Shown piece after piece: positions 42,111-55,800 of a stretch of DNA of 64,000 nt. Position numbers and translations under genes: made by a program. The notes beneath the pieces were generated by a model. The model saw nothing but the letters and a program-made list of their open reading frames with translations, ran no database searches and was not told the origin of the DNA. The stretch is from Mobula hypostoma. Lineage: Eukaryota. How positions within the stretch are numbered: position 1 is the first letter of the stretch; each line of letters opens with the position of its first letter. The stretch lies in NCBI RefSeq assembly GCF_963921235.1, contig NC_086097.1, forward strand, positions 66,900,001 to 66,964,000, in the 5' to 3' direction.

Positions 42111-43303
42111 GTCTGGAGAATGAGCACAAGCACTGGTAGACTCCATTACTTCTCTCTGATTGAGGCATTAAGCAAGGCAGAAGTAAACAAGGACAAGAGG
42201 GGAGGACAGGCGGGCGTTCAGCACAGTCTGCCTGTGTTTGACCAGTGTTCTTCTCCCTCTTGCACTTTTCTCCAACAGCAGCTAGCATGAGTCTTGGGAT
42301 CCATGTTGCAAGGATTGATCAGTGTGGCTGTGGACCATTTTGGCGGACGTTGTGGTTCATGTTGGATATTTTCCTGGATTCTGGTTACTCCTTCTGTTTT
42401 GCTGTTTTTGAGTAGGTTGATGGGAACTCAATGGAAAATTTAACATACCAATATATTTTTATAATATACTCTGCAATTAAAAAGCTGAATTTAACCAAAA
42501 GAACTCAAGGAATTGTAAATGGCCATTTTAAGGAATTAATAAAATCTGTCGGTAAACTACAGGAATAGAAAAGATCAGAAACATCAGTACATTGTATTCA
42601 GAAATTAAAGTAGCTACCATTTTCTAACCAATTCTTTCTACCTGGCTTTTAGCTCTAATGTTTCAGATTGTATAATTTTTAACCCAATCTAAGGGCTAAG
42701 AACAGTATCAAGTCGGTATAATAATTATGTGAGATAGTATTTTTTTCATTAGTTATAACTAAGCACTGTAAAACACATTTAAACTGATTTTTCTTTTGCT
42801 GTCTCCAAGTACAAATATCTGCATTTTGTTCGATTCACTCAATGTGGATTAAACATTTTAGTTCTGAAAATCAAATAAGTTCATGTCAAGTAGTTCTCCA
42901 AAACTGAGAAACCGAAAACAAAACTTTGTGACTACACCACTTTAATATACAATTATAATTTGTCACAGAGAACTTACAATTTTCTTACAGTTTCTAGGTA
43001 ATCTTTCTGGATAATCTTTACATTATCGTGATTGCCCCTACTTGAAATCAAAGAATGCTTAATCCATAGAAAAAGGTAGTTTCCTGAAACAGAGATCTAG
43101 TCATTCATATCACATTGAAATTACTGCATTTAAAACTTTAAATCACAGAATATATCAAAATACTGGTTTACTCTTATAAATTATCGATTAAATCTCTACT
43201 GAAGGAAATCCCATTCGCTGAAAATACATTTAATATGAGATTTTTTAATATATATTTTTAAAGGCCCCATTTCCATCAAATCAAGCATTTATAATACACT
43301 CAC

Positions 43304-43370
43304 CTGCTCTAAACGTATCTGCACATATCAAGCAAGTCTTCCAGCCTTTCCTTTGATAGTAGTACGCTAA
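43304..43370 (-). CDS. SRP54: SRP54 coding exon 5: LAYYYQRKGWKTCLICADTFRA
   Basis: 67 nt; ag/gt boundaries; DTFRAGA motif. Confidence 0.97.
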
Positions 43371-43899
43371 CTACAAGAAAAAAAGTGAAACAGCACTGTA
43401 ACTAAAAATGAAGTGAAAAACAAAAGCTCTCTGGCTTACTGCCAGCATTAGGAAAAAGCTTTAATTCTGGAAAGTCACTTCCCATTTAAAGCCTCAATGG
43501 ATGATAGTGCTATCTAAGTATCGAGGCCAAAACCACTGAATTTGGTGTCCATTAAAATTTCATTCTCTGGTCTAGACAATGACCATATTGCTCATCCAGG
43601 AAACTAGCCAAAAGTGAACTGGGCAGTTTGCAATCTTGGTGTTATATATACTCTTGAGAAATGCTTCAAGCTACATCAAAATCTACCACTATGATATTGA
43701 CTAATCAACTACTAATTCAAGCTAATCTGCTGTTGAAACACTTATCTTTTACCTGTAACTGATTCCAAAGCACATCTGGCTGGCTTCCCTGTTTCTGCTC
43801 TGGAAACAGTAAAATATTGCCAAGAATGCCCTAACTTCTATTTCATCTCTCACCACAGTAACATAGTCAAGGAACAGTTTAATATTAAAATACTCAAAT

Positions 43900-46030
43900 C
43901 CAACCCTTCCATCTCTTAAGAAAAGCGGGACCTCCAGGGTAGTAATCTCAGGATTGCTGCCTGTGCCACGTGCTAACAAACCGGAGTGATAGGGCTGAGG
44001 ACGGGGAAAATAGAAATAAATCAAAGATAACGTGCAACAGAGATGATAGAAGAGAAGAGACAGGCAGGAGATGAGCCACAATCACAGCAGTGGGATGAGG
44101 TACAGGGCAATAGTGGCGTGGTGCAGTTAAAACAGAAAGCAACAAGTACTGGACTGAAAATGTTATATTTGAATGGACACAGCATAAGAAATAAAATGGA
44201 CGATCTTGAAATTCAGCTACAGATTGGCAAGTATGACGTTGTGGCCATCTCTGAAACATGGTTAAAGGATGACTACCATTGGGAGCTGAACATCCAAGGA
44301 TATACGGTGTATCAGTAAGATAGGTTAGTAGGCAAAGAGGGTGGTGTGGCCCCATGTATAATAATATTAAATCATAAGAAAGGGATGACATAGGATCGGA
44401 AGATGTAGAGTCTCTATGGTCTTCTAGGCAGTGTCTTTACAAAATGGGTGACCCCAGCCATTACCAATACTCTTCAGAGATTGTCTGCATGGCGTCAGTG
44501 GTCGCATAACCAGGATTCGTAATATGTACCAGCTGCTCATATGACCATCCACCACCAGCTTCCATATGATCATGACTGGGGGGGGCTAAACAGGCGCTAC
44601 ACCTTGCGCAAGGGTGACCTACAGGCTAGTGGAGGGAAGGAGTGCCTTACACCTCTTTTGGTAGAGACACATCTCCACCCCGCCACCCTTGTCTTGTGAT
44701 TAGCCTAGTGCTGAATAGGTGCTTTGCTGGGTGGTGCCAGTTCTTGGGCCAGAAGGGCTGGTTCCACGCTCTGTCTCTAGATAAATAAAAATAAATGTTC
44801 TAGTACTTGGATTGGGCACTGTTTCAGGAGGCCCGATTAAGCCTTTTGCATTTATGTACACGTTGAGGAGGAAGTGTTTAATGAGCATAAAAGAGAAGAA
44901 ATCCCAAAGGCCCAATGAGATGTATCCCAGACTGCTACAGGAAACAAGGATGTAGATACTTTCAGATTCATAAGCTACTGGTTAGGGACCACATAACTGG
45001 AGAATGATAAATATTATTTATTTTGTCAAGAGCTGCATGGCCACGCCAGATGACCACAGGCCAGCATAAGTGGTAGGGAAACGACTGAAAAAAAATCTAG
45101 GGGACAGTATTTATCTATACTTGGAAAAGTGGAAATTAAAGATATTAATCAAATCTTTGTTCGTGGGAAATCCTGTCTCACTAATTTAGCAGTTTTTTTT
45201 AAGATTACAGTCCAGTAGATTTCAGTAACCCTTCTTAAAGGTCCTGCATGATGGGCTGATCCGCAAGGTTAGAGTCCATGGCGTCCAGGACAAGTTGACA
45301 TTACCAATTCAAAATTGCTTCATTATAGGAAGGCAGGAGTTCAAAGTTCAGGGGTCATGGATGGTTACTTTTTGATTAGGAGGCTGTAACTGGTGGCCAA
45401 CCAAAGGGCCAGCGCTGAAACTTCTGACAATTAAGCTATTCATTACTGACTTAGATGTAAAATTAGGAGGTACTATTTGTAAATTTGTTGATGATATGAA
45501 AACTGGACATGCCATAGATAGCTAGGGGGTTGGTCAAGAATAAAAAAAAAAGCCACTTGGCATATTGCACAGAGCAATAGCAGATGCAACTTAATTCTGA
45601 CAAGTGAAAGTCATAAATTTTGAAGATGTCAGAGAAGGATAGGATATACACAATAAATGTCAGGGAACCCAGAGTGTGGAATCTTTGGTATGTCCATAAA
45701 TCCCTGAAAGTGACAGCATGGTGAAGATGGTAAAGGTGACATGTGGGACACTTGCTTTCATCAGCTGTGTCATCGAATATAAGAGTTAGGACATCATAAA
45801 ATGTTGGTTAGACGTCTGGAGCAATTACGATCACCCCTTGCAAGAAAGATCCACCAGGATTGCCTTGTTTAAAGCATTTCAGTTATAGAGACAGAATAGG
45901 CTAGGTTTGTTTTACTTGAACAAACTAACATACTAGATTATGCTGGGGATGAAGTGTCGATACTATGAATCATTTCTCCATGGTGGGGCTGCCTAAGACA
46001 AGAGACATAATTTAAGAGGGAAAATAGTAG
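43900..46030 (+). mobile_element. Patchwork of CR1 fragments (ORF1 end/ORF2 start ~43900-44420; old RT ~44850-46030) with a small RTE-like insert
   Basis: STGLKMLYLNGHSIRNKMDDL...AISETWL; degraded RT motifs. Confidence 0.7.
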
Positions 46031-46137
46031 ATTTAGAGTGACAATTCCTGCCCCACCCCCAGCACGTCGAGAGTCCACCTAATGTATCTCAGTTGTCAGG
46101 ACAACAAAAATGCAGCACATCAAAGAAATGTCCATCA

Positions 46138-46260
<123 letters not shown>

Positions 46261-46307
46261 CTAAATAATAGATTCAAATTTAAATCAACTGAGTTTAAAT
46301 AAGATTA

Positions 46308-46499
<192 letters not shown>

Positions 46500-47188
46500 T
46501 CATACATTCACTGTCAAATTGATCTTTATGTAAATTTAAACCCAAATTAATACCAAAAGGGTATGGGGAGACAGCTGGAGAATGGGGTAGAGAGGGAAAA
46601 TAAATCAATCATGATTGAATGGCAGAGCAGACTGGATGGGCTGGATGGCCTGCTTCTGCTCCAATGTCTTATGGTCAAATGCAGATATTCATGGGTCCCT
46701 CTCAAATAGCAGTATGAATAACACAAAGGCGAATAAAAACGCTCAATAAAAACAAATGGGCATTAACTTCAGCCCTTTATGATATGACAATCAAGAGGAG
46801 CACAACCTTGTCATAGAGTTTGGAGGCTTGCATGCCTCAATGACCCAGAGAGCTATGTTGGCTGGAGTCAGGGCCTTGTGTTTTAACTCTTGATAGTGTC
46901 ACCCATGTCAACCAAACAGATCAAAGGGTAAAGGCCAGATTAAGAGTGGTGCACTGGTCCGCAAGGTTTGGGGTTCAGCACAGGACTAACAACCCTGACT
47001 GGTCAAAGATTGTTACAAAAACAGCAATAAAGAATCCTTCTACATCTGTGTGTGACTGGGGAGCCTGAAGCACGCCAGGGGCACAATTGATAAGATGGTC
47101 AAGGACATAGATGGTGGACCTTCATTGCTGCCCTAAACGCCAGCAGTGTAACAGCCAAAAACCAACTAAAGTTAAAGATTGTTACTTA

Positions 47189-47281
<93 letters not shown>

Positions 47282-48536
47282 CTAAGAGTGAAATATATTT
47301 TAATGTTATACAAGTTACAGTTTTCTTATCCCACCACTATTCACTAAAATTGTAAGCTTCTGGTTCAGTTTGCCTTATTTTGTCATTAGCACAAACAATT
47401 AATCACCCAGCAGTAATTCCAAACTTCAAAACCTATTTCTCATTGCATAATGAAAAATACTGATCCCAATCACCATTTCCTCACCTACACCTGAGACAGG
47501 AGCAACATCATCAGGATGAGGACTATGCCAGAGGCCTCAACTCACATAATACTACGCGTTTCCAACAAAAAAAAGTTTTCAATTGTGGCTTTTCCATTTG
47601 GATAAGCAAAACACAAAACTCTTTTAAAAAGCAAAATATCTTAGATAATATAGTTACTACATATATGGGAAATCAGATATATTGAAAAGGATCTGTTGTT
47701 AATAAATGATCTAATCAAATGTTTCCAGAACAAACATGTCAATCAAATCCAGAACCCAGTTTAATTTGAGCAATACATCAATATTTATTTTTAATTATAC
47801 CATATTAAAGAGTCAAAGTTTCTAGTACTGAACAAAAGGTCAACTTTTGGCAATGGCAAATATAATTGTGACAGCTAGTAATAGCTATTTCAAAGTTAAT
47901 ATAACAACTCATTGTATGGCAACTCATGTAGCTCTGGGAGCCAAATTGTCTGGATTAAAATTAGAAAATGAAATTTAAAGTATTCTATAGTTAGAATTGC
48001 ATTTTGCTCGTGCCCTCCAGAGATGACTTAAAGAGGATGATCACAGACAGGAAAGTACAATGTGTTGGTGATGAGCCAAAAAGAACTTTACTGAATGGAA
48101 TTTGACAAGATGGAACAAAATGCAAGTAGAAATTAGTGAGATGACAAAATATAACATATTGGAACCTATAGACATAGTAATCTGTAGCCAAAAGCAAAAT
48201 GCTGGAGGAATTCAGCAGATCAGTTTTGGAGGGTGGGGAGAGAGGGGAGAATTTCAATCAGGTCCACTGCCCAAGGGTAAAAGGCAACAGTGGGTTGCTA
48301 CAGCAAAAAAAGAGCTTTCACCAGCAACCAGTTAGTGCTTGGGATTGATCAGTAAGAGCAAATTAAAAGAAGGCAGGGGCAAGCGCACCGGCCATCATCG
48401 CAGCAGCCATTGTCTGAGTGGACGTGGTCAGAGGGGTGTTCTTGAGGCTTTAGCTCTTTGAGGCTTCGACGAAGAGAGGCTTCACTCAGAGAAAACAAAA
48501 GAAAAAAAAAGCTTAAGTTCTTTTTCCTTCTCTTCT

Positions 48537-49206
48537 TGTAAGCCTCAGGGTCGCTCAACTCACTGTCGTCTAGGGGGAGCAGCCTTCGGCCCCGCCAAAC
48601 TGGGTAACTAAGTTTGTGTGGATGCTGTGTGATGTACCCCACCCCGCCAAATAACAGACAAAACACCAGATACGATTAAATGATTACAATTTATAGATAT
48701 TACTGGTAATATATAATTAATAGATAAAATATAAAAGGAAAATAAAAGGCGCCAAACTTATCAAAGTTCAATCCCTTCGTGCACAAACAGTTGGAGCTCT
48801 GGTAACGATCCTCTCTTCACCATTCGATCCCCTCTGACCACTTCAACCCGCCGCCTGGGAGCAACCACAGTGGTCAACCAGACGCTCCACACGAGTCTGT
48901 CTCCATCTCCTCTCCTCGCCAAAGACCCTGGACCTCAGACTCCTGCTCGGGGTCTGACCCTGTTAGCCAGCTCACAGGTGCACCGTATCCACTCTCTCTC
49001 TCCCCATTGCACCTTCTGCCCCAAAACCCCACGCATCACAATAGCTTACAGAAAGAATAACATCTATCCCAATTGGTTCGTTCACTCTCTTATCAATAAT
49101 ATAACCCAAACAAGCTGTTAGCGAGAGAACTTTCTCAGCAGTTAACATAACAAAGAAGCCATTTTAATTAGCCTACGCAGTAACATAAAAAAAGAAACCC
49201 CTTACA
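48537..49206 (-). repeat. 3' LTR of the Gypsy element (outer ~12 bp missing)
   Basis: Direct repeat of 52163-52833; the PPT abuts 49207. Confidence 0.92.
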
Positions 49207-49699
49207 CTCTCCCCCAACCAATAAAGTCATGTCCTCTTGACTTCTAAATAACTCCCCAACCATTCCTGCAGACACAAAAACCCAATCCAGGTACAAACAG
49301 TGACATTGCTTCCCAAACAGTTATGCCTGGTCCCATGGGCGCTACATAGACCAACCTATCTGGGAGTTTCCTAATCCTCCGAGACCTCCGTACCCTCCTC
49401 ACCTAAACCCTTAAGGCTCGGGCACTACGGGGCATACCTCGGGTCGGCTTGCCAAATCCTCTCTCAACCTCTCACTCATGCCTCCACTGCAACTCGGAGC
49501 CCCCTGTCCCGTGTCCGGGGCCCCGGTTCTTTGCCTTCCGGATCCTGCTGTAACCCAGGCTGCCCACAGCTAGCCCTCCCCACTACCCTAACTCAGTGGG
49601 AGAAGGGCTAAAAGTCTCTTCCTCAATCAAGGGGAAGTTAGAGAAAGGCAGCATGCACCACATGTCCAGCACATCATCCTTCAAATCCGTATTCTTTAT

Positions 49700-50545
49700 C
49701 ATTTCCTCGATCGATAGCTGCTGTGTGATTTTCTCCAAACTGAAGCACTCGGCCTGGACTGCTTCTGCAGCCTCTTCAGCCTCCTGTAATCGAGATGACA
49801 GCTTCTTCTTGGACTCCTCCAATTCTCGCCATAGTCTCAGCAGCTCTGACTCATGCTTCTTGGCCATCTCAATCTGGGACGCAATTACACCATCAGTTTC
49901 TTCCCCCCGACCGGAAAAGCAGAAGTTAAAGGATGCTCAGCCTCCAGTTTTTCCTTCCTGATGACTTCTTCCAGGTCAACTTTCAGTTTTCCACTTCACT
50001 TAAACGGTCGATGGTCATCTTCAGGTTCCCTTCAAGCATCCGCTTCCCTTTTCCGCGATCTGTCCTCGATTGCTTCACCTCCTCTGAAGTGTAGTCAAGC
50101 TCCCCTCCAGGCTCTCGGTCTTCTGTTGGCCTTAGTCAGACAGCTTCCTTGGTCTTCCCCAACTTTTAAGTCTTCCAATCTTTTCTGGATTAATTCATCA
50201 GTAAGTGGCCACAGTTTCTGCATGAAATTCAGGTTCTCTGTCTCCACGTTGACGAGAGTGGACTCTAAGTCTTCAAAGTTTGTTCCAAAAGTACGGCACT
50301 CAGTCTCCAGCCTGCATGTCTGAACACTCAGTTCAGCGGTGCAAATCCTCTCTCTCCCCAGTGTCTCATTCCAATTGATGACCTGGGTTTCCATCCCCAG
50401 GTCCACCATCGTCTGTTCCAACACCAGGAAGTTCAACTGGTATGTCGGGTCATTTTTCTCAGATTGCACCAAACTGCACCGGCCAAAAGCTACTCCACAT
50501 TTTACACTTCGCTTCGGTCGCTTTTCCCCAAACTGCCTCTTTCTC
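49700..50545 (-). pseudogene. Captured, intronless, internally deleted sarcomeric myosin heavy-chain rod fragment
   Basis: Collinear blocks [118 protein letters not shown]. Confidence 0.88.
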
Positions 50546-52129
50546 CAGACCTGACACTCGTCCAAAGAAAGTTTTAATTCTTTAATTCTTTGTCGCCCAG
50601 GCTTCGCCACTCGCCTTGCATCATAGTCCCCCAAGGCGAATCCAAACTCTTGGCGGTCATCCACATACGCCAAAACTCCGAACACCTCCACATCCCCCAT
50701 GGTCTTCCTCATGCCCCTCGGGAAGGTTGCAGGACCTCCGGATATGCCCTGGGGCATCTTTTCGGATCAAAAGAATCCTAGAGAACCTATAACAGCTGTC
50801 CTCTCCTTATCGGCCTCACTCATTGGGATCTCGCAACATCCACTCCTCAGATCCAGCACATTAAACCACGTCACACCATACAAACAGACCATAGTGTCTT
50901 CGGCCCTCAGGGCCTTATTCTGGTCGATTACAGTGCGCCTGTTCAGAGTCCTATAATCCACTCACACGCCGCCCACGTCTTCCATGGCTACAGGGTCCAG
51001 TCGCTGCACCCTCTCTCTCACCGTCTTCAGCAGTCAACTCCCCTCCCTCGTGGTATTTCGGAGCGTCTACCAAGAAGGTCTCACCGTCAGATACTTCCCC
51101 CAGACCGTACCACAATCGGGTCTCATTTAAATTCAGTACCAGCCCAAGGCTGCTACACACGTCCTCAGAAGCAGCTCAGAACACTGGGTGCCCAGACAAT
51201 GCCCCCATGAACTCCAGGGTCACTAACCAATCATCGTTTTCTGGATAATTACTTGCACTGGTACCCCAAATCTCCAGTGCCCTTAATGTTGTCAAGGGTA
51301 AATGCTTCAGACACCGGTTGTAAAACGAACTGTACAACAACTTGACCTGCGCCCCAGTATCAAGGATGGCTTTAGCATAGCTTCCATCTATCCGTAACGA
51401 CACACTGAGGCGTGGTCCCTCTAAGCCTTTAGGAACATGGTCTTTTCCTTTCGGAAGTTCCTTGGTACATTGCTGGGAACGCGCTCCCCGAGACCCCAAG
51501 CCGATCCCCCACTGGGCCTCCACCAAGTTTCCCGACACCTCTCTGATCAGCTGAACAACTGAAGGAGGGGCTGATCCCCTGAAATGATCCCCCTGGCACT
51601 GCAAGCAATCTAGCTGCCCTCCTAGCCAGAGAAGATACACTGAAAGCTTTTCCTCTGCTTTCAGATAACTGGCAGCTGTCACTACGGTGTAATTGAACCT
51701 GACAGTTCTAACACCATCAACAGCCCGCCTACTCAAACTTTCAACCAATCCGTCGCTCTCCCTCAACCAAGCACTCCCATCTAACAACTGAGAGATCCGC
51801 TCCGCCCATGTCTTCTATGCCTCCACCCCTTTAGGGGTGGACAATATCCCAAAAGCCAGGCGGAGCGTGCCATAGCTGGAACATTTATTCGCAGACACTA
51901 CCTACGAATCAGACCACTCTTTCCCCTCTCTCCTAATAGTATGAACAGCCCCTAGTCCCACCCCCAACTCATCAGCGCTAGTCTGAACTCGAACAAAGAC
52001 CTCACCCAACACGCATGCAGCAATAACCAGCAAATAACCCACAGAGACACACATCACTACGCACAATCCCACAGAGACACAGCAGCACTGATTTAAACAG
52101 GGCAACCATGCAGCACTCCACTGAATCCA

Positions 52130-52148
52130 ATCCCAGACAAAGCCCCCA
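52130..52148 (-). promoter_or_regulatory. Primer-binding site, tRNA-Pro-like
   Basis: Minus strand TGGGGGCTTTGTCTGGGAT versus the canonical Pro PBS TGGGGGCTCGTCCGGGAT; 2 nt from the LTR CA end. Confidence 0.8.
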
Positions 52149-52150
52149 AG

Positions 52151-52833
52151 TGTTGCCCCCCGGTAAGCCTCAGGGTCTCTCAACTCACTGTCGTCTAGGC
52201 GAAGCAGCCTTCGTCCCCGCCAAACTGGGTAGTTAAGTTTACGTGGATGCTGTGTGATGTACCCCACCCCACCAAATAACAGACAGAACACCAGATACGA
52301 TTAATTGATTACAATTTATAGATATTACTGGAACTATATAATTAATAGAGATAAACTATAAAAGGAAAATAAAAGGTGCCAAACTTATCAAAGTTCAATC
52401 TCTTTGTGAACAAACAGTTGGAGCTCTAGTAACGATCCTCTCTTCACCATTCAATCCCCTCTAACCACTTTGACCCGCCACCTGGGACCAACCACGGTGG
52501 TCGACCAGACGCTCCACATGAGTCTGTCTTCATCTCCCCTCCTTGCTGAAGACCCTGGACCTCGGACTCCAGCTTGGGGTCCAACCCCATTAGCCAGTCA
52601 CAGCACTGTGTCCACCCTCTCTCTCCCCATCGCGCCTTCTGCTCCAAAAACCCACGCATCACAATAGCTCACAGACACACAAGAAAGAATAACATCTATC
52701 CTAATTGGTTCGTTCGCTCTCTTATCAACAATATAACCCAAACAAGCTGCTAGCAAGAGAACTTTCTCAGCAGTTAACAAAGAAGCCATTTTAATTAGCC
52801 TACGCAGTAACATAAAAGAAGAAACCCCTTACA
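52151..52833 (-). repeat. 5' LTR of the Gypsy element
   Basis: Minus strand TGTAAGGGG...GGCAACA; followed by the PBS. Confidence 0.92.
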
Positions 52834-55800
52834 GACAATAGAGATGCCAGGCAAGATAGTGAAATGCTCTTCCTGCAGGATGTGTGAAGGCAGGGAGACC
52901 TCCAGCGTCCCTGACAACTACAATTGTGAGAAATGCATCCAGCTGCAACTTCTAACAAACCCCGTTGAGGCTGAGTGGGTGATAGGTAGGACATACAGGG
53001 AGGTAGTTACACACAAGGAGATAGACATAGGAACCTGGGTAACAGTCACGAAGGGGAAAGGGATTAAGGAGCCAGTGCAGAGTACCCCTGTGGCCATTCC
53101 TCTCAACAACAGACATATCATTTTAGATACTGTTGGGGGAGAATGACCCAGAGGAAAATCAAAGTGCTCGGGTCTCTGGGAATGAGTCTGCCTCTGTGAC
53201 TCAGAAGGAAAGGAGGGAGAAGAGTCACACTGTGGTGATAGGGGATTCATTAGTTAGGGAAACGAACAGGAGGTTCTGTGGGCGAAAACGAGATTCCCAG
53301 ATGGTACGTTGCCTCCCGGGTGTCAGGGTCCGGGATATCTCAGATCAAGTCCTCAACATTCTTAAGTGGGAGGGTGTACAGCCAGAAGTTGTGGTCCACG
53401 TAGGTACCAATGACATGGGTAGGACGAGTGACAAGGTTTGCATAGGGAGTTCAGGGAGTTAGGTACTAAGTTAAAGGGCAGAACCTCCAGGGTTATGATC
53501 TCAGGATTGCTATCTATGCCGTGTATTGGTGAGGACAGAACGAAAAAGATTATACAGTTTAATACGTGGCTAAGGAGTTGGTGTTGGGGGAGGACACAAG
53601 ATTTTTGGATCATTGGGCTCTCTTCCAGGGAAGGTGGGACCTGTACAGAAGGGATGGTTTACACCTGAACTGGAAGGGGACTAATATCCTAGTGAGAAGG
53701 TTTGTTAATGCTGCACAGTGAAGTTTAAACTAGAGTTGCAGTGGGATGGGAACCAGAGTGCCAGAACAGTTAGTGGAGAGGTTGTGGAAGCAGATGTTGG
53801 TTAAGGCCTCAGACAAAGTTAGGAATCAAACGGTTGAACATGGTGCAACTAGTGTCCTGCGCTGCGTATATTTCAACGCAAGAAATATCATAGAATTGGC
53901 AGATTATAGTGCTGAAGATGACCTTTATAAACATAGGCAATGTGTAGTGAGGAGAGGATGTTTATAGGGCAAAACTACAGTCAACAAGATGAGTTGTAAT
54001 GTAAAAGGCACACAAAATCGAAAAGGGTGAGTACAGGACTGAAGATGTTTCATTTGTATGCACGCAGTATACCGAATAAGGTAGTTGAACTTGCAGCACA
54101 GTTGCAGATGTTGTAGGCATCACTGAATCATGGTTGAAAGATTATAGCTGAGAGTTTAATGTCCAAGAATAAACATTGTATCGAAAGAACAAACAGGAAG
54201 GCAGAGGGCGCGGTGTTGCTCGGTTGGTAAAAAATGAATTCAAATCATTAGAAAGAGGTGACATATGGTCAGAAGGTGTTGAATCATTGTGGATAGAGGT
54301 AAAGAACTGCAAAGGTAAAAAGACCCTGAAGGGAGTTGCATACAGACCCCTAGACAGTAGTTAAGATGTGGCCTGCAAATTACAACAGGAGATAGAAAAT
54401 GCATGCCAAAAGAAAAATGTTACCATAGTCATGGGGAACTTCAATATGCAGGTAGATTGGGAAAAAATCAGGTTGATACTGGATTCCAGGAGGGGAAATT
54501 CAGGAGTGGATTCCAGGAGATGCTACAAATGCCCACTAGGGGATCAGCTATTCTGGAATAGGTGTTGTACAATGAACTAGAATTGATTAGAAATCTTAAG
54601 GTAAAGGAACCCTAAGGGGTAAGTGATGATAATATGATTGAATTCACCCTGAAATTTGAGAAGGAAAAGCTAAAGTCAGATGCATCAGTATTATAGTGAA
54701 ATAGAGGAAATTACAGGGGCATGAGAGACGAGTTAGCCAGAACTGATTGGAGAAGTACACTGGCAGGGATGATGGCAGAGCAGCAATGCCTGGAATTTCT
54801 AAAATGCAATTCGGAAGGTACAAGATACATAAATCCCAAAGAGGAAGTATTTGAAACGAAAGACTACACATCTGTGGCTAACAAGAGAAGTCAAAGTCAA
54901 CATAACAGCCAAAGAGAGGGCATATAATAGACCACAAGTCAATGGGAAGTTAGAGGTTTGGGAATCGTTTAAAAACCAACAGAAAGCAACCAAAAAGTCA
55001 TTAGATTATGAAGACACACAGTCCTCTTTTATTGTCATTTAGTAATGCATGCATTAAGAAATGATACAATATTTCCTCCGGTGTGATATCACAAAACACA
55101 GGACAGACCAAGATTGAAAAAAACTGACAAAACCACATAATTATAACATATAGTTACACAGTGCAACAATAGCATAACTTGATGAAGAAGTCCATGAGCA
55201 CAATAAAGTTCAAAGTTCCTCAACTAAGGAGGTAAAGATGGAATATGAAAGTAAGCTAGCCAATAATATTAAAGAGGATGCCAAGTTTCTTCAGATACAT
55301 AAAGTGTAAAAGAATCAAGAGTATGGTGGAAGTTCCAGGTGTCAAGGGTTATGAGTGCGTGAAGGCACCATAACTAGAGAGGTTCTTGGGTAACTCAAGG
55401 GTCTGAAGATAGATAAGTCACCTAGACTAGATGGTATACACCACAAAGTTCTGAAAGAGGTGGCTGAAGAGATCATGGAGGCATTAGTAATCTTTCAACA
55501 ATCACTAGATCCTATAGTGGCTCCAGAAAACTGGAAAATTGCAAATATCACTCCACTCAAGGAGAGAGGCAGAAGAAAGGAAACTATAGGCCAATTAGTC
55601 TGACCTCAGTGGTTGGGAAGGTGTTGGAGTCAATTACTAAAGATGAAGTCTCAGGGTACTGGGAGGCACATGATAAAATAGGCTGTAGTCAGTATGGTTT
55701 CCTCAAGGAAAAATCTTGCCTGACAGATCTGTTGGAATTCTTTGAAGAAATAACAAGCAGGATAGACACAGGGAAATCGACTGATGTCTGATGTTGTGTA

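Larger units (their letters stand above)
48537..52833 (-). mobile_element. Gypsy LTR retrotransposon, defective, with a captured myosin fragment
   Basis: Paired LTRs 48537-49206 and 52151-52833; tRNA-Pro-like PBS; PPT ggttgggggagag next to the 3' LTR; PNMA-like gag remnants, protease LDTGA, RT DYRTLN/LDLRSG/MPQG/YVDD. Confidence 0.95.

Noticed and set aside
49583..50323. A functional nested host myosin gene
   Set aside because: No motor domain or introns, frameshifted, and enclosed by LTRs; treated as a captured fragment
52130..52148. tRNA gene
   Set aside because: Only an 18-19 nt complement of a tRNA-Pro 3' end, i.e. a primer-binding site
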